Part shown: one piece after another, positions 17,736 to 27,916 of the stretch | Layout of the letters: each line of letters opens with the position of its first letter | How positions within the stretch are numbered: the first letter of the stretch is position 1 | Assembly: GCA_043809315.1 (NCBI GenBank) | Contig: JAZDDX010000015.1 | Coordinates: forward strand, 21,481-85,480 | DNA length: 64,000 bases | DNA from: Pseudomonadota bacterium | Lineage (GTDB): Bacteria > Bdellovibrionota_G > JALEGL01 > DATDPG01 | Reading direction: 5' to 3' | Made by a program: the position numbers and the translations under genes | Notes under the pieces: model-generated | Database searches by the model: none | Told to the model about the DNA's origin: nothing | What the model saw: only the letters and a program-made list of their open reading frames with translations

Positions 17736-19457
17736 ATGCGTTTTTCCCAACTTCTCTGCCCGACGTTGCGCGAAGACCCGGCCGAAGCGGATGTGATCAG
17801 CCATCGTCTGATGTTGCGTGGCGGCATGATCCGACAGATGGCCGCCGGGATCTACAGCTACCTTCCGTTGGGACTTCGAGTGTTCCGCAAGGTGGAGAGA
17901 ATTGTCCGCGAGGAGATGAACCGGGCGGGGGCGCAGGAGGTTTATCTTCCGGTCGTTCTGCCGGCCGAACTCTGGCGCGAAACGGGGCGATGGGACTCGA
18001 TCGGCAAGGAGCTTCTCCGGATCAAGGATCGGAGCGAGCGTGAGTATTGTCTGGGGCCGACGCACGAGGAGGCGATCACCGACATCGTCCGCCGCGAGAT
18101 CCGCTCGTATCGGGACCTTCCGAAAAACCTGTACCAGATCCAGGTGAAGTTCCGGGACGAGGTTCGTCCGCGGTTCGGCGTGATGCGCTGTCGTGAATTC
18201 ATCATGAAAGACGCCTACTCCTTCGACGTCGACGACGCCGGGGCGGAGGCGAGCTACGCGAAGATGTTCGAGGCGTACACGCGGATCTTCACGCGCTGCG
18301 GGCTTACGTTCCGCGCAGTCGAGGCCGACAGCGGGTCGATCGGCGGGAGCATGTCTCAGGAGTTCATGGTTCTCGCAAAATCGGGGGAGGACGAGTTGGT
18401 GAGTTGTTCCTCCTGCTCGTACGCCGCCAACTCGGAAAAGGCGGAAGCGAAGATTCCCGAAGGGGCTTTGCCGAAGCCTTCCAAGAATTCCCCCGAGAAG
18501 AAGTCCACGCCGGGAAAGAAGACAGTCGAGGAAGTTTCCGCGTTTCTAAAGGTTCAGCCGTCCGATCTTTTGAAAACCCTCATTTACAAGACCGAAGACA
18601 AGTTCATCGCGGCCGTCGTTCCCGGAGATCGGGAAGTTAACGAATTACGCCTCCAACGCCATCTGGGATCGGAGCATATTGCTCTTGCGACGGCGGCGGA
18701 GGTCTTAAAGATTACCGGGGCGCCTTCGGGGTTCTCAGGGCCGATCGGCCTCAAGATCGACCGGTTGGTGGTCGATAAGTTTGTTCGGGAAGGGGCGCCG
18801 TATGTCGTCGGCGGGAACGAAGCCGATACGCATTATTTGAACGCCGTTCCGGGAAGGGATTTTGCCGTTTCGGATCGTGCCGACATCACGAGGGTGAAAG
18901 ATGGGGATCTCTGCCCGAGGTGCGGCGGGAAACTAAGGACCGATCGCGGGATCGAGGTGGGGCACGTTTTCAAACTCGGGACGAAATACAGCGACGCGAT
19001 GAAGGCGCACTTCACCGATGCGGCGGGGAAATTGAAGCCGGCGGTGATGGGGTGTTACGGGATCGGGATCGCGCGGACGGCGGCTGCGGCGATCGAGCAG
19101 AATCACGACGATGCGGGGATGATCTTTCCTCCGCCGATCGCGCCGTTCGATGTGACGATCGTCGTGGTCGATTTTACGAAAGAGACGCTCAAGAATCCCG
19201 CGGTTGCTCTCTATGAGAAGTTGATGGATGCGGGGCTCGATGTGTTGCTCGACGATCGGATCCTGTCACCGGGGGCGAAGTTCAAGGATGCCGATCTGAT
19301 CGGGATTCCGGTTCGGATCACGGTGGGGGATAAAGGGATCTCGCAGAATAAGCTCGAGGTGAAAGCGCGCTGGGAAAAAGGGGGAACGTTTATTGAGCCT
19401 TCTCAAGTGATCGAGTGGGTGCGAGCTAAGCTCGCGGAGAAGATCCCGCGGATTTGA
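17736..19457 (+). CDS. proS: Proline--tRNA ligase (with editing domain)
   Basis: MRFSQ..PTLRE, LGPTHEE, FRDEVRPRFG, GIEVGHVFKLGTKYS, MGCYGIG. Confidence 0.98.
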   Translation: MRFSQLLCPTLREDPAEADVISHRLMLRGGMIRQMAAGIYSYLPLGLRVFRKVERIVREEMNRAGAQEVYLPVVLPAELWRETGRWDSIGKELLRIKDRSEREYCLGPTHEEAITDIVRREIRSYRDLPKNLYQIQVKFRDEVRPRFGVMRCREFIMKDAYSFDVDDAGAEASYAKMFEAYTRIFTRCGLTFRAVEADSGSIGGSMSQEFMVLAKSGEDELVSCSSCSYAANSEKAEAKIPEGALPKPSKNSPEKKSTPGKKTVEEVSAFLKVQPSDLLKTLIYKTEDKFIAAVVPGDREVNELRLQRHLGSEHIALATAAEVLKITGAPSGFSGPIGLKIDRLVVDKFVREGAPYVVGGNEADTHYLNAVPGRDFAVSDRADITRVKDGDLCPRCGGKLRTDRGIEVGHVFKLGTKYSDAMKAHFTDAAGKLKPAVMGCYGIGIARTAAAAIEQNHDDAGMIFPPPIAPFDVTIVVVDFTKETLKNPAVALYEKLMDAGLDVLLDDRILSPGAKFKDADLIGIPVRITVGDKGISQNKLEVKARWEKGGTFIEPSQVIEWVRAKLAEKIPRI

Positions 19458-21573
19458 GTTCCACGAATTTTCGATCCCATCGCGATCGATCGAGATCGCG
19501 CCCACCGAACCGTTCGTCGTAATACATCTCCGTCAGATCGCGGAGCGGAGGGAGCGGCCCTGCCTTTTTCTCTACCGCCAGCGTGAACTCCTTCACCGTC
19601 TGAGACGCCTTCTTTTCGTGCCCCTTTGATTTTAGCAAACGCAAAACCGGCGTGAAGCGGGTTGCCGGGGACCTTTTCCGCGGCCGGAACCGGAGAAGCG
19701 CGCGAATCAGCGCGGTCAGAACGATCAGCCCGACGATCGTAAAGAAGACCCGGCGCGTGGCGATCTTCCCGACCCGTTTGAAATCGCGGAACGCCTCCAT
19801 GGTCGATTGCGGTTTGTCGCTCTCCGGTAGGCCGATCCGGGCGATCCGCCGCCCGATCTTTTCGAAGAACGACGTCTGCGCCCGGAGGTCGTACTCGATA
19901 ATGTACTTGTTCCATCGGAGACCGAGATAGTCGACCATCTGGGCCAGCGGCTCGAACATCGTTCCCGCGATCCGAAAACTGCGGTCGAGCGGGGAGGGAT
20001 CGAACCGGATCCAACCGTACGTCGGGAAAAACACTTCGACCCAGGAATGAGCGTCCCGCTGCCGGACCGCGATGTACCGTCCGTACGGGTTCAACTCCCC
20101 GCCACGGAACCCCATCACCTCGCGCGCCGGGATCCCGTGCAGGCGAAAGGCGATAGCCAGGGCCGTCGAGAAATACTCGCAGTGCCCCTTCTTGCTTTCG
20201 ATCAGAAAGAATCGGAGCGGGTCGGTCGTTCCGTTGTCCTGAACATCCAGCGTGTAGGCGTAATTCTTCTCCAGATACCGCTCGATCGCGATCGCCCGGT
20301 CGTACGTGGAAACTCCCGGCGTCGGAATTCCGGTCAGGAGTTTTCGAACCTCCGGATCGAGTTCCGGTAGCTGGAGGTACGACTCTCGGATCTCTTCCGG
20401 GATCGCTCCCTCATCCCCCCGGAGCATCTCCTCGTTCGGCTCTCCGATCGTGGAGGTCACGCGATAAGTCAGATCCGCGGCATACCCTCCTTGCGCGTTT
20501 TGAAAATGCCAGCTCTGGTATGGGGCGTTCTCCTCGATCAGAAACGAGCCCCGGAAGATCCGCTCGATGATGTTCTTATCCCACGCCACCTCGGTCATCC
20601 GGTCGGCACCGAACAGAAGGGGGGTCGAGAGCGCTTCGGAGAAAATCGTGTACGTAAAACTCCGACCGCCGGGATAGGGAACTTGCGGAAAGCGGAGCAC
20701 TGGCCGATCGAAATCGATCCGGGCACGGCGCCGTTCCGCCATCGACTGTCTCCAGGTCCGTCCGTCGAACGAATCGGCCGCAGTGCCCCGCCAATAGAGG
20801 TGTTCGATGTCGAGGCCGGCGGTTTCGGGAATCTCGACACGCAGGGCGATGGCGTTGTTCGTCTTGATCGACCCGATCGTTCCAAGTTCCACGTGGTCGG
20901 AGAAGCCGGCGATCGCCTGTGTGCGCGTCACCCGCTGCAAGAAACGCCCCATCGACAGGCGCGGGAAGGTGAAGAAGATCACCATCGTGATGACGATCAG
21001 GGCGACTGAGAGGAGCGACGTGGTTGCGAGGAATCGCGACGTGATGACGTCGCGTGAGCGGAAGAGGTTCAGGAGAAGAACCGAGCGCACGGCGGGGCGA
21101 GCGGCCTCCTGTTGCACGAGCTTCAGGTTGAAAAGGACGAGGACCCAGGCGGCGATCACGATGTAGAGCAGGAACGGGAGGGCGAACGAGACGTCGCTCG
21201 CGACGACGGTGGAGGCCAGGAGATGCAAAAAACTTAAGCCATAGATCTGAATCCAATCCCTGTCGGTTTTCGGGGAAAGGAGGCGGACCGCCTGCAGGTA
21301 AACGACGAAGGTGACCGCGTTTCCCACGAGGTCGAACGAGCCGAAGAACGAATCGTAGACGAAGTAGGCGAGGAGAAGGAGCGCGGTGACGTTCCAGATC
21401 GTGCGGGGGACCGGAAGCCAGGTCGTCAGACGTTCGCCGGCGGCAGCGTAGAGCAGCGTGATCCCGATCCCGATCGTGACGGGGATCAAGTAGGTCTGGG
21501 TGATCAGGATCGCGCTGAACCCGGTCAGGATCAGGAGGATGGAGAAGAGACGGAGATAACGTTCGAACGTCAT
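19426..21573 (-). CDS. DUF3488 + transglutaminase-like membrane protein (TgpA family)
   Basis: N-terminal TMs, LYWRG, GHCEYFST (Cys), AHSWVEV (His), RFDPSP (Asp). Confidence 0.9.
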   Translation of the reverse strand: MTFERYLRLFSILLILTGFSAILITQTYLIPVTIGIGITLLYAAAGERLTTWLPVPRTIWNVTALLLLAYFVYDSFFGSFDLVGNAVTFVVYLQAVRLLSPKTDRDWIQIYGLSFLHLLASTVVASDVSFALPFLLYIVIAAWVLVLFNLKLVQQEAARPAVRSVLLLNLFRSRDVITSRFLATTSLLSVALIVITMVIFFTFPRLSMGRFLQRVTRTQAIAGFSDHVELGTIGSIKTNNAIALRVEIPETAGLDIEHLYWRGTAADSFDGRTWRQSMAERRRARIDFDRPVLRFPQVPYPGGRSFTYTIFSEALSTPLLFGADRMTEVAWDKNIIERIFRGSFLIEENAPYQSWHFQNAQGGYAADLTYRVTSTIGEPNEEMLRGDEGAIPEEIRESYLQLPELDPEVRKLLTGIPTPGVSTYDRAIAIERYLEKNYAYTLDVQDNGTTDPLRFFLIESKKGHCEYFSTALAIAFRLHGIPAREVMGFRGGELNPYGRYIAVRQRDAHSWVEVFFPTYGWIRFDPSPLDRSFRIAGTMFEPLAQMVDYLGLRWNKYIIEYDLRAQTSFFEKIGRRIARIGLPESDKPQSTMEAFRDFKRVGKIATRRVFFTIVGLIVLTALIRALLRFRPRKRSPATRFTPVLRLLKSKGHEKKASQTVKEFTLAVEKKAGPLPPLRDLTEMYYDERFGGRDLDRSRWDRKFVELKSAGSSPRA

Positions 21574-22562
21574 GCCGTTGCCGGGAGGTCGCTCACGACG
21601 ATCGTCGTCTCCCGTTCCTCCGTCGGGATGGTGAACCTTTCCGATCGAGTTGGGGGCTCAGCGAGCGCCAGCGCCGTCAAATAGGCATCGACATAACTTC
21701 GCCCCTCCCCCTCGACGGTCTCCCCGTTCAGGCGCAACCCGATCTCGAAGCCGCGCGATGGGAGCTCCGTGATGAGCGAGGCGGCGGTGGAGATCGCTTT
21801 CTCGCGCGTCGTCTTTTCCGAAACGGACGCGTCCGCTAGGCGGACGTCGATCGTCACCTTCATCCGTTTCTCCCGTTCGAACTCCTTCACCTTCCAGGAG
21901 CCGCTCTTGGCGGTACTCTTCCAATGGATGATCCGGGCCGGGTCGCCGTAGACGAAGTCACGGATCCCGTACGGGTTCGCCGACTCCCCCTTTTGTCCCG
22001 ACAATCGCTCCCCCGGGAGTCGGTGATCCCCCGAAAGCCAGTCGCCGATCGGGATGAGTTCCGGATAAACGATCGTCTCCCCCTCGCACGGGACGGTCAG
22101 GAACTTCTTGATCAACCCGAACGGATACGACGTCTCGAGGCGGTACGGGGGGAATCGGGTCCAGCCGCGGTTGGGGAATCGGACGTGGTGCACGGCCGAA
22201 ACGGTTCCTTTCGGTGGGATCTTCAAGATGAACGCCCGGTCGCACGCCTTCACCCGATCCCCTTGGGGGTACAGGGAAAGGGAAAACGAAGGGAAGCGGC
22301 GCTTCCGGTTCGCAAGCTCCATCCGGACCGCCACCGCCTCGTTCGCGAAGATCCGGGAGGGGAAACGGGGAACCAGGAAGAGCGAAGAGAGCGTGTTGTT
22401 CGAGAGGATTCCGGAGAGGATCAGGAAGGAGAGCATCATTCCGAAGACCAGATAGAGAAGGTTGTTGCCGGTGTTGAGGCTCGCGATCCCGATTCCGAGA
22501 CAGAGGAGGATGAAGAGCCAGCCGGTGCGTGTGATCTCGATCCGGAATCCCCGGCGAATCAC
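21570..22562 (-). CDS. DUF58 family protein
   Basis: NTGNNLLYL, YPFGL, IRDFVYGDPARIIHWKSTAK, VKEFE. Confidence 0.9.
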   Translation of the reverse strand: MIRRGFRIEITRTGWLFILLCLGIGIASLNTGNNLLYLVFGMMLSFLILSGILSNNTLSSLFLVPRFPSRIFANEAVAVRMELANRKRRFPSFSLSLYPQGDRVKACDRAFILKIPPKGTVSAVHHVRFPNRGWTRFPPYRLETSYPFGLIKKFLTVPCEGETIVYPELIPIGDWLSGDHRLPGERLSGQKGESANPYGIRDFVYGDPARIIHWKSTAKSGSWKVKEFEREKRMKVTIDVRLADASVSEKTTREKAISTAASLITELPSRGFEIGLRLNGETVEGEGRSYVDAYLTALALAEPPTRSERFTIPTEERETTIVVSDLPATA

Positions 22563-23503
22563 ACCGGGACCTCGACCGCCGCGAGAACCTCGGCGAGGAT
22601 CTCCTCCGCCGCGGAGCGGGCATCGCCCGAAGTCCGGTTCGCGGCGCGTCTCCCCGCCACGATCAGGCGGTGAGCCAGCACGGGAACGACCAATTTCTTC
22701 ACATCGTCCGGAGAAACGTAGTCCCGCCCCTCAACAAACGCTCTTGCTTGAGCCGCCCGGTAGAGGGAGAGGCTTCCACGGGGGCTCACCCCCAATTCGA
22801 GCTCTTGCGTCTTGCGGGTCTTATCCGCGATCCGGAGAATGTAGGCCGACACCGATTCATCCACACGGCAGGCGGCCGCCGCGCGCTGCATTTCGAGCAC
22901 CTTCTCTCCGGTCAATACCGAGCGCAGCTCCGGTTCCGAGCGGCGGCTCCCTTTCGTCTGGAGGATCCGGAACTCCCCGTCCGACGTCGGGTATCCCATC
23001 GTGATCCGCATCAGGAAGCGGTCGAGTTGTGACTCCGGAAGAGGGTACGTTCCGTGGAATTCGGTCGGGTTCTGCGTGGCGATCACCATGAACGGGTGGG
23101 GAAGGGGATGGGTGGTTCGCTCCACGGTAACGTGACCGTCCTGCATCGCCTCGAGGAGGGCGCTTTGCGTTTTCGGCGTCGTGCGGTTGATCTCGTCCGC
23201 CAGAACGATGTTGGCGAAGAGAGGGCCCGGCTTGAACTCGAAATTCCGGCTCTCCGCGTTGTAAACCGGGACACCGATGACGTCGGAGGGGAGGAGGTCG
23301 CTGGTGAATTGGATCCGCTGGAACGATCCGTCGATCGATCGGGCCAAGGCCAGGGCGAGAGTCGTCTTTCCGACACCGGGGACATCCTCGATCAGGAGAT
23401 GCCCCCTCCCGATCAGGCAGATGAGGAGAAGATCGATCACGTCGTCTTTTCCCAGGACGAGCGTTCGGATTGAGGTGCGGAGAAGGGCGATGTCGTTTGG
23501 CAT
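22559..23503 (-). CDS. MoxR family AAA+ ATPase
   Basis: HLLIEDVPGVGKT, RIQFTSDLLPSD, LADEINR, ATQNP, LPESQLDRF. Confidence 0.96.
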   Translation of the reverse strand: MPNDIALLRTSIRTLVLGKDDVIDLLLICLIGRGHLLIEDVPGVGKTTLALALARSIDGSFQRIQFTSDLLPSDVIGVPVYNAESRNFEFKPGPLFANIVLADEINRTTPKTQSALLEAMQDGHVTVERTTHPLPHPFMVIATQNPTEFHGTYPLPESQLDRFLMRITMGYPTSDGEFRILQTKGSRRSEPELRSVLTGEKVLEMQRAAAACRVDESVSAYILRIADKTRKTQELELGVSPRGSLSLYRAAQARAFVEGRDYVSPDDVKKLVVPVLAHRLIVAGRRAANRTSGDARSAAEEILAEVLAAVEVPV

Positions 23504-23581
23504 GGAGGTCAAGGTGGCGCGGATTCTAGCCGAGACGGAAAACTCTTGAAAGCCCGCCCCTCTTTGTTAGTGTCCCGCGCT

Positions 23582-24271
23582 ATGAAGGCCAAATCTCTTT
23601 TTCTGTCAGTTCTGCTCGCCGGATGTGCCGGCGGCACCAGTGCGGATCTCGAGCAGATCCAGTTCATGCTCGACCACGGGCAGTTCGCCGCGGCGGTCAC
23701 CCAAGCCCAGGCGGTCGTGAACGCGTCGCCGACCAATCTGGAGGCGCAGTTTCTTCTCGCGTCGGCCCAGATCGGAGACTCGATGCTGGGAACCCACTCC
23801 AGGTGCAAGGCGACCGACACCGGGTATATCGGGCTTCTCGCCTGTTTGCAGGACCCCAAGACCGCCACCGATCCAGGCGACTTCGGTACGTTCCTGCGGA
23901 TCGCGCCGGACACGACCGCCAAGCTCTCCATACTTCAGGACGCGACGAATGGGCTCATTGCGCTGACGGGGACACAGAAAGATCCCGGCCGTCTCCGTGA
24001 CGTTTATCTCCAGCTCTGGATGGCCCGCCTCTTCGAAATCGGCAGTGTAACGACGCAGCTTGGCGCATGCACCGCGAGTTTCGACCCGAATGCCCTGTCG
24101 GCGGATGAGCTCCAACGGTTCAAGGACAATTTGGCGAACGTCAATTCGGACGGCGCGAATGCGGGACTTCCTTCGAGCTTGGGGTTGAACGACCGGATCA
24201 CTTCGATTTCGAACGATCTGAACGAAACGACGGCCCCGCTGTTCTTCCAGGCAACCTTCGGCGGCTGCTAA
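23582..24271 (+). CDS. Hypothetical lipoprotein (TPR-like N-terminus)
   Basis: MKAKSLFLSVLLAG-C lipobox; helical repeat-like segment. Confidence 0.7.
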   Translation: MKAKSLFLSVLLAGCAGGTSADLEQIQFMLDHGQFAAAVTQAQAVVNASPTNLEAQFLLASAQIGDSMLGTHSRCKATDTGYIGLLACLQDPKTATDPGDFGTFLRIAPDTTAKLSILQDATNGLIALTGTQKDPGRLRDVYLQLWMARLFEIGSVTTQLGACTASFDPNALSADELQRFKDNLANVNSDGANAGLPSSLGLNDRITSISNDLNETTAPLFFQATFGGC

Positions 24272-24277
24272 GAGAGG

Positions 24278-25438
24278 ATGACGACCATGAAACGAAACCT
24301 GATTCTAACCTCCCTGGCCCTCCTCTTCGTCGGAACGGCGACGGCGCAGACGACCCTCTCCCAGGAAGAGCCGACGCTCAACCGGAAGATCCGGAACCTC
24401 GGGATGGGGAACATCGGCGTGGCGATCGAGGGGACCGCTGATTCGTCCCCGTTCTACAACCCCGCAGGGTTGAACGATCTCGAAAAAGGAAGGTTCCAGT
24501 TCCTCACGAACACCGCCGACGTTTCGACCGGGGCGTTCAGTTTGGCGACCGACCTTAAGGACCTGAATAAGGGGATCAAGAATGCCACTACGGATGCGGA
24601 CAAGACGCGGAAGTTCAACGAATTCATTCAGAAAAACACCGGGAAGTTCCAGCATTTCCGGTATACGCTCGACATCTTCAACTACGCGAGGAAGAACTTC
24701 GCCGTCGGTCTCTTGATCGACGAGAGGCTCGATCTCTCGTTCCGGGACCAGTCGTATCCCCACTTCGACGTGCGGAACCTCGGGGACGCAACCGTCTATG
24801 TTTCAGGCGCACACGCGTTCTGGGACAAGCTCCTGCAGGCCGGGTTCACGCTTCGCCCCACCGTTCGATTTGCGGTGAACGAGGCGGACCAGCAGGTCAC
24901 GCTGTCCGATGTTTTGGGGAAGAACGCCGCGGGAAACTCGCTCCTTTCGGAACAGTTCAAGAAGATCAAAGACCGCCGGTTCGGTCTGGGCGTCGACTTC
25001 GGTCTCAAGTCGAACCTCGCATTCGAGGGGTTCAAACAGATGAAGATTTACGAGACGCTGAAGCCGGAAGCGGGGTTCACCTGGCAGGATCTCGGGAATA
25101 CGAAGTTCGGCCGGGCTCCGACAAACGAGCAATCGATCAGCTTCGGAACGGCGGTGCATCCAGCGATCTGGAAACTCAAGAACACCGTCGGGCTCGATTT
25201 CCGCGGGATGAACCAGGATCGGCCGTTTCTCGCGAAGACCCATTTTGGAATCGAGTCGAAGTTTCCGTGGATCGTGAGCCTTCGCGCCGGATTATCGCAG
25301 GGGTACTTCTCGGGAGGGGCGACGTTCGATCTCTGGCTGGCGAAGCTCGATGCCGCGGTCTATTACGAAGAGGTCGGGGTTGAGACCCGTCAGTCAGGGG
25401 ATCTTCGGATCGCCGCCATGCTGTCCTTTAACATCTGA
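24278..25438 (+). CDS. Outer-membrane beta-barrel protein (TraF/PorV-like superfamily)
   Basis: Signal peptide, RNLGMGN..A...S.FYNPAGL motif, amphipathic strands, LRAGLSQGY, C-terminal SFNI. Confidence 0.7.
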   Translation: MTTMKRNLILTSLALLFVGTATAQTTLSQEEPTLNRKIRNLGMGNIGVAIEGTADSSPFYNPAGLNDLEKGRFQFLTNTADVSTGAFSLATDLKDLNKGIKNATTDADKTRKFNEFIQKNTGKFQHFRYTLDIFNYARKNFAVGLLIDERLDLSFRDQSYPHFDVRNLGDATVYVSGAHAFWDKLLQAGFTLRPTVRFAVNEADQQVTLSDVLGKNAAGNSLLSEQFKKIKDRRFGLGVDFGLKSNLAFEGFKQMKIYETLKPEAGFTWQDLGNTKFGRAPTNEQSISFGTAVHPAIWKLKNTVGLDFRGMNQDRPFLAKTHFGIESKFPWIVSLRAGLSQGYFSGGATFDLWLAKLDAAVYYEEVGVETRQSGDLRIAAMLSFNI

Positions 25439-25444
25439 TGCTCG

Positions 25445-26878
25445 GTGTCTTCACGCGATCAGGCTGATATTCTCGTCCAGCGGTACGCCAGCCCCGAAAT
25501 GGTGGAGCTGTTCTCTCGGGAGCGGCGGATCCTTCTCTGGCGTGATCTGTGGATCGCTCTGGCCGAGGCGGAACGGGAGCTCGGGGTCCCGATCACCAAA
25601 CTTCAGATCGACGAACTCAAGAAAAAAAGGGAAAGGATCGACTGGGTCGCTGCGGAACGGCGCGAGCGCGAGGTTCGCCACGACGTCATGGCGCACGTCT
25701 ATGCATACGGACTCGAATGTCCGAAAGCGGCCGGGATCATCCACTTGGGGGCGACCAGCGCCTATGTCACCGACAACGCCGACTTGGTCCTGATCCGGGA
25801 GGGCTTACGGATCATCGCCGGGAAGCTGGCGGCTGCGATCGATCGCCTGGCCGCCTTTGCAGCGAAAGAGCGGGATCTCGTCACCGTAGCCTTCACACAC
25901 TTCCAGGCCGCCCAACCGACCACCGTCGGACGGCGCGCGTGCATTTGGCTGCAGAACCTTGCGATGGATCTGGATCTTCTCGAGTTCGAAATGGCGGAGC
26001 TCTGTTTCCACGGCGTGAAGGGGGCCACGGGAACGCAAGACAGTTTTTTGAAGCTCTTCGACGGTGACAAGAAGAAGGTGCTGGAGCTCGACCGCAAGGT
26101 GACGGCGAAAATGGGGTTCACCCGGTCGTTCTCGGTCACGGGGCAGATCTACCCCCGCAAGACCGACACGAGGATCGTATCGGCTCTGGCGATGATCTGC
26201 GAGTCGGCGTCCAAGTTCGCGTCGGACCTCCGCTTGTTGCAGGGGTTGCATGAGATCGAGGAGCCACGGGAAGAAGGACAGATCGGGTCGTCGGCGATGC
26301 CGTACAAGCAGAACCCGATGCGCTGCGAACGGATTTCATCTCTTGCCCGTTACGTCATGAACCTCGTCGGAAACTGCTATGCGACCGGCGCGAACCAGTG
26401 GTTGGAACGTTCGCTCGACGATTCGGCGAACCGGCGGCTCGTTCTTCCGCACGCCTTCCTCGTGACCGACGCGGTGCTCGACCTCCTGATCAACGTTGCA
26501 ACCGGAATGCGCGTGCACGATGGTGTCATCCGCAAGCACATGGAGGAGGAGCTGCCGTTCTTTCAGACCGAGGAGATCTTGATGGCGGCGGTCCGGGCCG
26601 GCGGGGACCGTCAGATCATCCACGAGCGGATTCAGGCCCATGCGAAGCAGGCGATCAAACAGATCCGGGAAAAAGGGGCCCCCAACGATCTTTTGGCGAG
26701 GCTTCGAAGGGATCCGGCGTTCCGGAAGGTTCCGCCGAAGCTCCTCGTGCGTGCCGATTCGGCGCGCCTGGTGGGGACTTCGCAGGAACAGGTGGACGCG
26801 TTTCTGGAAGAGAAGGTCGAGCCGATCCGCCGGCGGTATCGGACCGCCGTGCGCCACCGCCCGACGATCCGGGTCTGA
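25445..26878 (+). CDS. purB: Adenylosuccinate lyase
   Basis: RHDVMAH, IHLGATS, FTHFQAAQPTTVG, SSAMPYKQNP signature. Confidence 0.96.
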   Translation: MSSRDQADILVQRYASPEMVELFSRERRILLWRDLWIALAEAERELGVPITKLQIDELKKKRERIDWVAAERREREVRHDVMAHVYAYGLECPKAAGIIHLGATSAYVTDNADLVLIREGLRIIAGKLAAAIDRLAAFAAKERDLVTVAFTHFQAAQPTTVGRRACIWLQNLAMDLDLLEFEMAELCFHGVKGATGTQDSFLKLFDGDKKKVLELDRKVTAKMGFTRSFSVTGQIYPRKTDTRIVSALAMICESASKFASDLRLLQGLHEIEEPREEGQIGSSAMPYKQNPMRCERISSLARYVMNLVGNCYATGANQWLERSLDDSANRRLVLPHAFLVTDAVLDLLINVATGMRVHDGVIRKHMEEELPFFQTEEILMAAVRAGGDRQIIHERIQAHAKQAIKQIREKGAPNDLLARLRRDPAFRKVPPKLLVRADSARLVGTSQEQVDAFLEEKVEPIRRRYRTAVRHRPTIRV

Positions 26879-27019
26879 CGTAACCCAACAAAGGACGTGA
26901 GACGGTCGACGTGTTGCGTTATTCGTCCGGTATGAACCGACGAACGATTCCGCTGATTCTGTCTGTCAACTGCCCCCTTTATTAGACAGAAGTTATTCAA
27001 AGTTCGAGGCCGCGCGACG

Positions 27020-27736
27020 GTGACGAACCGATCAAGCGAAATCGTAAAGATCGCCGCGCCGCACTCTCTGACGGGTGGTCTCCGGGTGGCGGTGCGTGAT
27101 GACGCCGGAAAGGATCTTCCTTGGCACGGCCCGATCGTGGATGGCGAGGAGGAACAGATCCAACTCGCTCCCGGGCAAAGCGCCGAGTCGGATCAGTTGG
27201 CACTGGAATATGATCATGGAAACGATGTTTCCTGCGGCAACATGGAATTCCTGGTCGGAACGTACGATGCACAGGTCTACCTGAGTGGAATCGATTCAAA
27301 CACCGTTCGCTTCTCGGTCATCCCGGTCCCAGCTTCCGAGAAGAAAGCGTACGAAGCGCTTCACACACATCACCAGTCCAAGTTAACGCGGGTGGAGTTG
27401 GAGGCGGAGATCGCCGATTACGAGAAGAGCATCTTTCTGCCCAATCTAATGTTGGAGTACTGGTCTCGTCTCCATGTTCTCGGCACGACCGAGGGAGAAC
27501 GGCAGACTCTTCAGCTCTCATCGCGCTGGTATCTGACGACGTTCCCGGATCATCCGTTCTGCGAAACCGCGTTTCACTATTACACGGACGCAGTCGAGGA
27601 AAAGTTGAACCCGGATCGGAAGACCAGGATTACAAAAGCGCTGATCGCCCCGTACTTCGAGAGGATGTCGCGGGAAGTCCCGGGGCATTTCGCCGCCAAG
27701 CTGGCCGAGAAGGAACTCCTCAAGTACCCGGACTGA
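27020..27736 (+). CDS. Hypothetical protein, 5' end probably disrupted
   Basis: 238-aa ORF with plausible composition; an upstream ATG (26932, MNRRTIPLILS) is out of frame and stops at 26985. Confidence 0.5.
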   Translation: MTNRSSEIVKIAAPHSLTGGLRVAVRDDAGKDLPWHGPIVDGEEEQIQLAPGQSAESDQLALEYDHGNDVSCGNMEFLVGTYDAQVYLSGIDSNTVRFSVIPVPASEKKAYEALHTHHQSKLTRVELEAEIADYEKSIFLPNLMLEYWSRLHVLGTTEGERQTLQLSSRWYLTTFPDHPFCETAFHYYTDAVEEKLNPDRKTRITKALIAPYFERMSREVPGHFAAKLAEKELLKYPD

Positions 27737-27790
27737 TCCGGGTTAGAAATAGTCGTCATTCCAGGGGGTTGTGGCGTTAGCCGGATTCTC

Positions 27791-27814
27791 GGAAGTTAAC
27801 GTACGTTAACCTCC
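27791..27814. repeat. Near-perfect 24-bp palindrome (candidate operator)
   Basis: GGAa-GTTAACGTACGTTAAC-cTCC; the 16-bp core 27795-27810 is perfect. Confidence 0.7.
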
Positions 27815-27916
27815 CAGGGCAGAGTTAACGATTCCCAATCTAAGAGGAGAAAGGGTCTTGTCGATTGCAACGCAATGCGGTATGAGCGTTCTCGTTCAAA
27901 GGAATCGGAGGAACTG

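Noticed and set aside
24278-25438. TraF-like barrel as evidence for a conjugative element
   Set aside because: No other transfer, relaxase or integrase genes; it lies in a chromosomal operon with purB.
26881-26921. Imperfect inverted repeat TAACCCAACA..TGTTGCGTTA after purB, considered as an integron attC site
   Set aside because: Ends do not fit RYYYAAC/GTTRRRY, no second similar site and no integrase; more likely a weak hairpin.
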